Assembly: GCF_009914755.1 (NCBI RefSeq)
Contig: NC_060928.1
DNA from: the human T2T-CHM13v2.0 reference genome, Homo sapiens
Length of the DNA stretch: 64,000 bases
Direction: 5' to 3' (one strand)
Below the pieces are notes generated by a model. That model was given only the letters and a program-made list of their open reading frames with translations. It was not told the DNA's origin and made no database searches. The position numbers and the translations under genes are program-made. This document shows positions 58,151 through 64,000 of the stretch, piece after piece; position 1 is the first letter of the stretch; every line of letters starts with the position of its first letter.

Positions 58151-58843
58151 TGATATGGTTTGGCTGTGTCTCCACCCAAAATCTCATCTTGAATTGTAAT
58201 AATCCCCACGTGTCAAGGGAGAGATCAGATGGAGGTAACTGGATCATGGGGGCAGTTTCCCCATGCTGTTCTCATGATAGTGAGTGAGTTATCATGAGAT
58301 CTGATGGCTTTATAAGTTTTTAACAATGCCTCCTTCGGTCATTCTCTCTCCTGCCACCTTGTGAAGGTGTTGCCTGTCTCCCCTTCACCTTTCGCCATGA
58401 TTGTAAGTTTCCTGAGTCTTCCCCAGCCATATGGAACTGTGAGTCAGTTAAACCTCTTCCCTTTATAAATTACCCAGTCCCTGGAAGTTTCTTTGGTGGT
58501 TTTTTTTTTTTTTTTTTTGAGACAGAGTCTCGCTCTGTCACCCAGTCTAGAGTGTAGTGGTGTGATCTGTGCTCACTGCAACCTCCTCCGCTTTCCGAGT
58601 TCAAGTTATTCTGGTGCCTCAACCTCCAGAATAGCTGGGACTACCGGCATTCCACCAAACCCGGCTAATTTTTCTATTTTTTGTACAGAGGGGCTTGCAC
58701 CATGTTGGCCAGGCTGGTTTTGAACTCCTGACCTCAAGTCAGGATCTGTCCACCTTGGTCTTCCAAATTGCTGGGATTACAGGCATGAGACACCACGCCC
58801 TGCTGGGAAATTGTTTATAGCAGTATGAAAATGGACTACTACA
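58151..58843 (+). mobile_element. THE1 (C/D-like) MaLR solo LTR interrupted by Alu
   Basis: tgatatggtttggctgtgtc start, atggactactaca end; perfect TSD tgcac. Confidence 0.93.
58500..58803 (-). mobile_element. AluS nested in THE1
   Basis: Full diverged Alu with poly-T. Confidence 0.92.
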
Positions 58844-59537
58844 TGCACTGAAAATGAGGCATTTCTGCCTACCAGTTAAACTATATTTTACATATGTGCA
58901 TGGTGATTATTAAATAACTTTTCTATTCCTTTATTCTTCAGATTCTTTTCCTTTTTCTTATCGTCAAATAATGAAAAGCAATAACACACATTAGTACCAG
59001 GCCTTGCCCCAGTTTATCTCTCATCATTTATTAAGACATAAACAATTAACTTGGTGTTTATGTGGTAAAGGTGAATTAATTAAAGGAAACGACAACCACA
59101 ACAACAACTCATAGCCAAAGCATGCTGTTGCCGTAAAGATCAAAGTCAGTGTTTGGACTTCAGATTTTTCAGAGTTATAACCTCACGGAAGAAGCATAAC
59201 CTCAGATTTTCAAAGTGAAGGTTATGGCTGAATATTCACATGAGTGATTTTTTTTTCATTCTGCTTTAAGGACCTATAATATCCTAATAAGAATATACAT
59301 TATATAAAATGGTAGCCCACTTTTTAGTGACTATTGCAGGAATTAAATAGTATCATAAAAATATAATTTCACGTGACATAAACTGGGAGGGAGAATGTTT
59401 TCAGGAAGGGTAATGTATGAGTACATACAGGTTATTCAGTTCCTCTTAATGACTTGAAGAACATAACAGTTCTAATGGAAGGTATTTCATGAACAACACT
59501 GCTAGGCACCAGTCAACTCAAAAGATGTAGGGCAGGA

Positions 59538-59822
59538 GGCTAGGTGCGGTGGCTTATGCCTATAATCCCAGCACTTTGGGAGGCTGAGGCAGGGGGATCG
59601 GTTGAGCTCAGGAGTTCGAGAGCAGCCCAGGCAACATGGTGAAACTTCGTCTCTATCAAAAATACAAAAAAAAAAAAAAAATTAGCCGGGTGGTGGCACG
59701 TGTCTGTGGTCCCAGCTATGTGGGAGGATTGCTTGAGCCTGGAAGGCACACGTTGCAGTGAGCCGAGGTTACACCAATGCACTCCAGCCTGGCTGTCAAA
59801 GTGAGATACTTTCTCAAAGCAA
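59538..59822 (+). mobile_element. AluJ (Jb-like) with internal deletion
   Basis: ggaggattgcttgagcc; 18-bp TSD aaaagatgtaggRcagga. Confidence 0.92.
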
Positions 59823-60005
59823 AAAAGATGTAGGACAGGAAACAAAGCTTCTGAACAGGGCAGTATTGGAAGTTCCTGCTCAGCCCCAAAAGTTTTGTAG
59901 CCATCCATGTAGCCCAGCTCAGAAGCAACACTCCATTGGGTGGTATCAGATATTCTGGCTTAGAAGCATCACATCTCAAAGCAGCCAGTATGTCTGTAGG
60001 TCTAG

Positions 60006-60708
<703 letters not shown>

Positions 60709-61779
60709 TCTTGGAGTCAACATCTCCACAAAGGATATGCAGAGTTACAAAAGCCGCCAGCCTCAGGCAGGCCCTACCCATTTGACTGACTACCCTGTCT
60801 GAGTACCCATTTACAGATCCTCCTGAATCTAAATGCAATTTACTAATCCGCAGTCTTTGTAAATATTGTTTTTAATAAGCAATGTTGAACACTGACGTAT
60901 GTAACAGTGCAATTTGTGTCTGGTTTCTGGGAGAATGAGGTGAAGTGTTAACGGGAGGTCAAGTTCTCATCCAGCTGGGGAAAGGCTTTAGTATATCCTT
61001 TGCCCACATCATAGCAGCTTCTTTTATGATGGGCTGAGGTGAGAGGAGAGATGGGCAAGATTTTGGCCATTTGATGTCATTTGTTCTCTGTAAGACACTA
61101 TTCTTAAGGTAGAAGATATTACAATTTTAGTAAATTAAAAGAGATTTCCAAAACTGAAACTTTCCAAAACCTGTGACTGCTACAGCACATTATCGGGGCA
61201 ACATGTTTCAGTTATTTTCCTCAGAGTCCTCCCGGGAAGAACTCTCTGAAGAGCTGACTTTTAAAGTGAGTCTTAAATGACGGCATATATCCAGTCATGG
61301 GAATAAACTCTGTCCTGGCAGGGAACTGGGGGAGGAGGGCTCTGCTATTGGTCCATCAAGAGCCTTCCTGTGAATTTGCATGAGGCTGTGGATTCCTCTG
61401 GGAAAATGCAGCCCTAGACCAGAGGGTGCAGCTTGTCGAGGCACACAGTGCACAGGGTGCATTTCTGCACCCCATGGCCACTCAGCTGAGCAACCTTCTG
61501 CGTGGGCCAACCTCCCCTGTCACATAAGAGACATCTGAGCTTTAAAAATAGTAGCTATGAATCTCTCTGAAATGAATTAATAGGAAGTGTAACATACTGG
61601 AAAGAAAATGAACAAGAGAGTCATTTGCTGTATTTGTTGGCTAATTGGAAACGGAGCTATTTATAACCAGTGAACTGGGTGATTATTGGAAGAAGTAAAG
61701 AATTTAAATAGTTTAAAAAAGTAAATATTAGAATTTAGCCATTTGATAGTATGTCTTTTTCAGGGATGATAGGGAAAAG

Positions 61780-62360
61780 ACATCATAGGGTATTTGAGTC
61801 AGAAGAAGCAACGTGAAAAGCAAAGCTTGATCACCCCAGCAATGGAAAATGGCCCGTGTGGCTAAAACACAGTAAGCAGGGTACAGAGCCAGGGAGGGGG
61901 TGCAGACTGTGGTGGAGAAGAGGGGTGCCAGTGGAGAGGAGGTGAAAAGATAGTCAGGGACTTGTATTTGGATTTTATTTCAAGTGCAAGTCATTGAAGG
62001 ATTTTAAGCAGGAAAATAACTTGGTTGTTTTTTTCCTCTTGCTTTAAAAAGATCATTCTAGCTGAAACATAGAAAATGGATTGAAAGTTTTTAGAGTTGA
62101 CACTTGAGATCAGCTAAGAGACTGCTAAGTTATCCACTGAGAAAGAATGGTAGCTTGAACTCTGATCGCAGCAGTAGAGATGGAGAAAAGTGGACGGATC
62201 AGAGACATCTTTGGATTTAGAATAATCAGAAGGTACCATGCTATGAAGAAAATGTGAGGTGAAAAAAAGAAGTGTTTATTCTCAATTTCCTTCTTTGAAC
62301 GGTCTATGTATAGCGGTGTCATTTACTGAAATGGGCCTGCCTTAGTGAAGTATAGATCTT
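61780..62360 (-). mobile_element. L2 fragment
   Basis: cattgaaggattttaagcagga, aagatcattctagctg, gcagtagagatggagaaaagtggacggat. Confidence 0.8.
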
Positions 62361-62938
62361 TTTCTTTTCATTTTTCCCTTTTTTTGTTGTTGTTGTTTTA
62401 GAAGTTATGAAAATCCTTGATGTGCACTGCATGATTCTGGCTTCACTGGGCACACTGTGCTTTGTTCTCCCTCCACTTTCCAAAATTACTTTATGTGAAA
62501 TTTAGAATAACATATATCCTATATATTAACTATAGAAAAATATGAAAATAAATTTATTGGTCGAGTAGTCCTGTCAATTTAATGACTATTGATAAAAAGA
62601 AAGATAAGACATTACTCAAAGCACTACTACTTCCTATTTTATTGGATGGAGTTTACATAGATACATTGCATAATCATAAAGCAACTAAGTTTCCTAAACA
62701 TGTGTGGATCCCTTCATATTCTAAGGAAGGCTTAAACTAAGGAGACAGAGTTCTTGCACACCGGGAAGCATACCTCGAGAAAGATGATATGTACACAAAA
62801 TAATCAATATGCACAATTTATGCAGTATTATATATTGTGCATATATATGATAGGTACACAAATATTGCATATACATTTAGATGACACATACATAAATATT
62901 CTGTATATTTAGATTCAATAGTTGGTACATACACAGAT

Positions 62939-63387
<449 letters not shown>

Positions 63388-64000
63388 CAAACTAGATGTT
63401 TGAATAGAGAGGTTAGCATTTGAGGAAGCACGTAAGGGATTTGTGTGATTGTGAGATGGAAATAAGAGAAAAGAGAGGCAAAAGGAACAAAACAAATGAT
63501 GAGTCAAAATTTTAAAAAATGAATTTTATGTCCAGATTACAAGTATCCTAGTTTGGCTGAACCATAAGTGATTTTGGGGAAGAATGTGTGGCTAGGCATG
63601 AAGGATATTAACAATGCTAAGAATTTTGGCATTATGCTACGTGCAACAAACTCATTGAAGATTCTTAAGCATTTCAAACATTTTTCAAAATATTTTTCAG
63701 TGGTTATACATTTTAAATAGGTACTTTTTGTTTTCTACCTTTTATATGTTTTCTATCCTGCAATTTTCTATTGCTTTAACCATAATCTTATAATTTATTC
63801 TCTTTTTACTTTATGTGCTCCTTTGCTTGTCTCACTTTCTTTCCCTCTGTGTGTGTTTCTTTCCCACATACACTTTAGGATTAAAAAATTACAGGTGTTA
63901 TAAAAATCAATATAGTTGAATAATTACAGATGATATAAAAATCAATATGAATAAATGATGGATTGACTTTTAAAAATAGCAACTATGAAACTCAAATCAA

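Noticed and set aside
58417-58430. PRDM9 hotspot motif position in THE1
   Set aside because: Reads cttccccagccat, which does not match CCNCCNTNNCCNC.

Overview
Human genomic DNA: AT-rich, CpG-poor, intronic or intergenic. The species call rests on a near-consensus AluYb8 at 55667-55974, a human-specific subfamily. No protein-coding gene is supported; the supplied ORFs are Alu, L1, microsatellite or chance read-throughs. The window is dominated by interspersed repeats. These include about 18 Alus, a ~9.3 kb non-coding MER65-type (MER4-group ERV1) provirus with paired LTRs and four nested insertions, solo LTRs (LTR18A-like, MER34-like, THE1, MLT1), L1/L2/MIR relics, hAT MITEs and microsatellites. 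Repeat family names come from my memory of consensus sequences and need RepeatMasker/Dfam confirmation. The most notable signals are not annotation-type features. (1) Three locally templated insertions of different ages lie within ~5.3 kb (44867-50170), copied from donors 0.66, 1.1 and 11.3 kb away and bounded by junction duplications. (2) There is a dense cluster of hairpins and palindromes at 30416-30748 and a nested one at 23494-23546. (3) The same site in the two LTRs of one provirus expanded into different microsatellites. (4) An L1 5'UTR-only insertion sits in the provirus. (5) There is a candidate 38-nt minus-strand exon. I see no evidence for a novel coding system.
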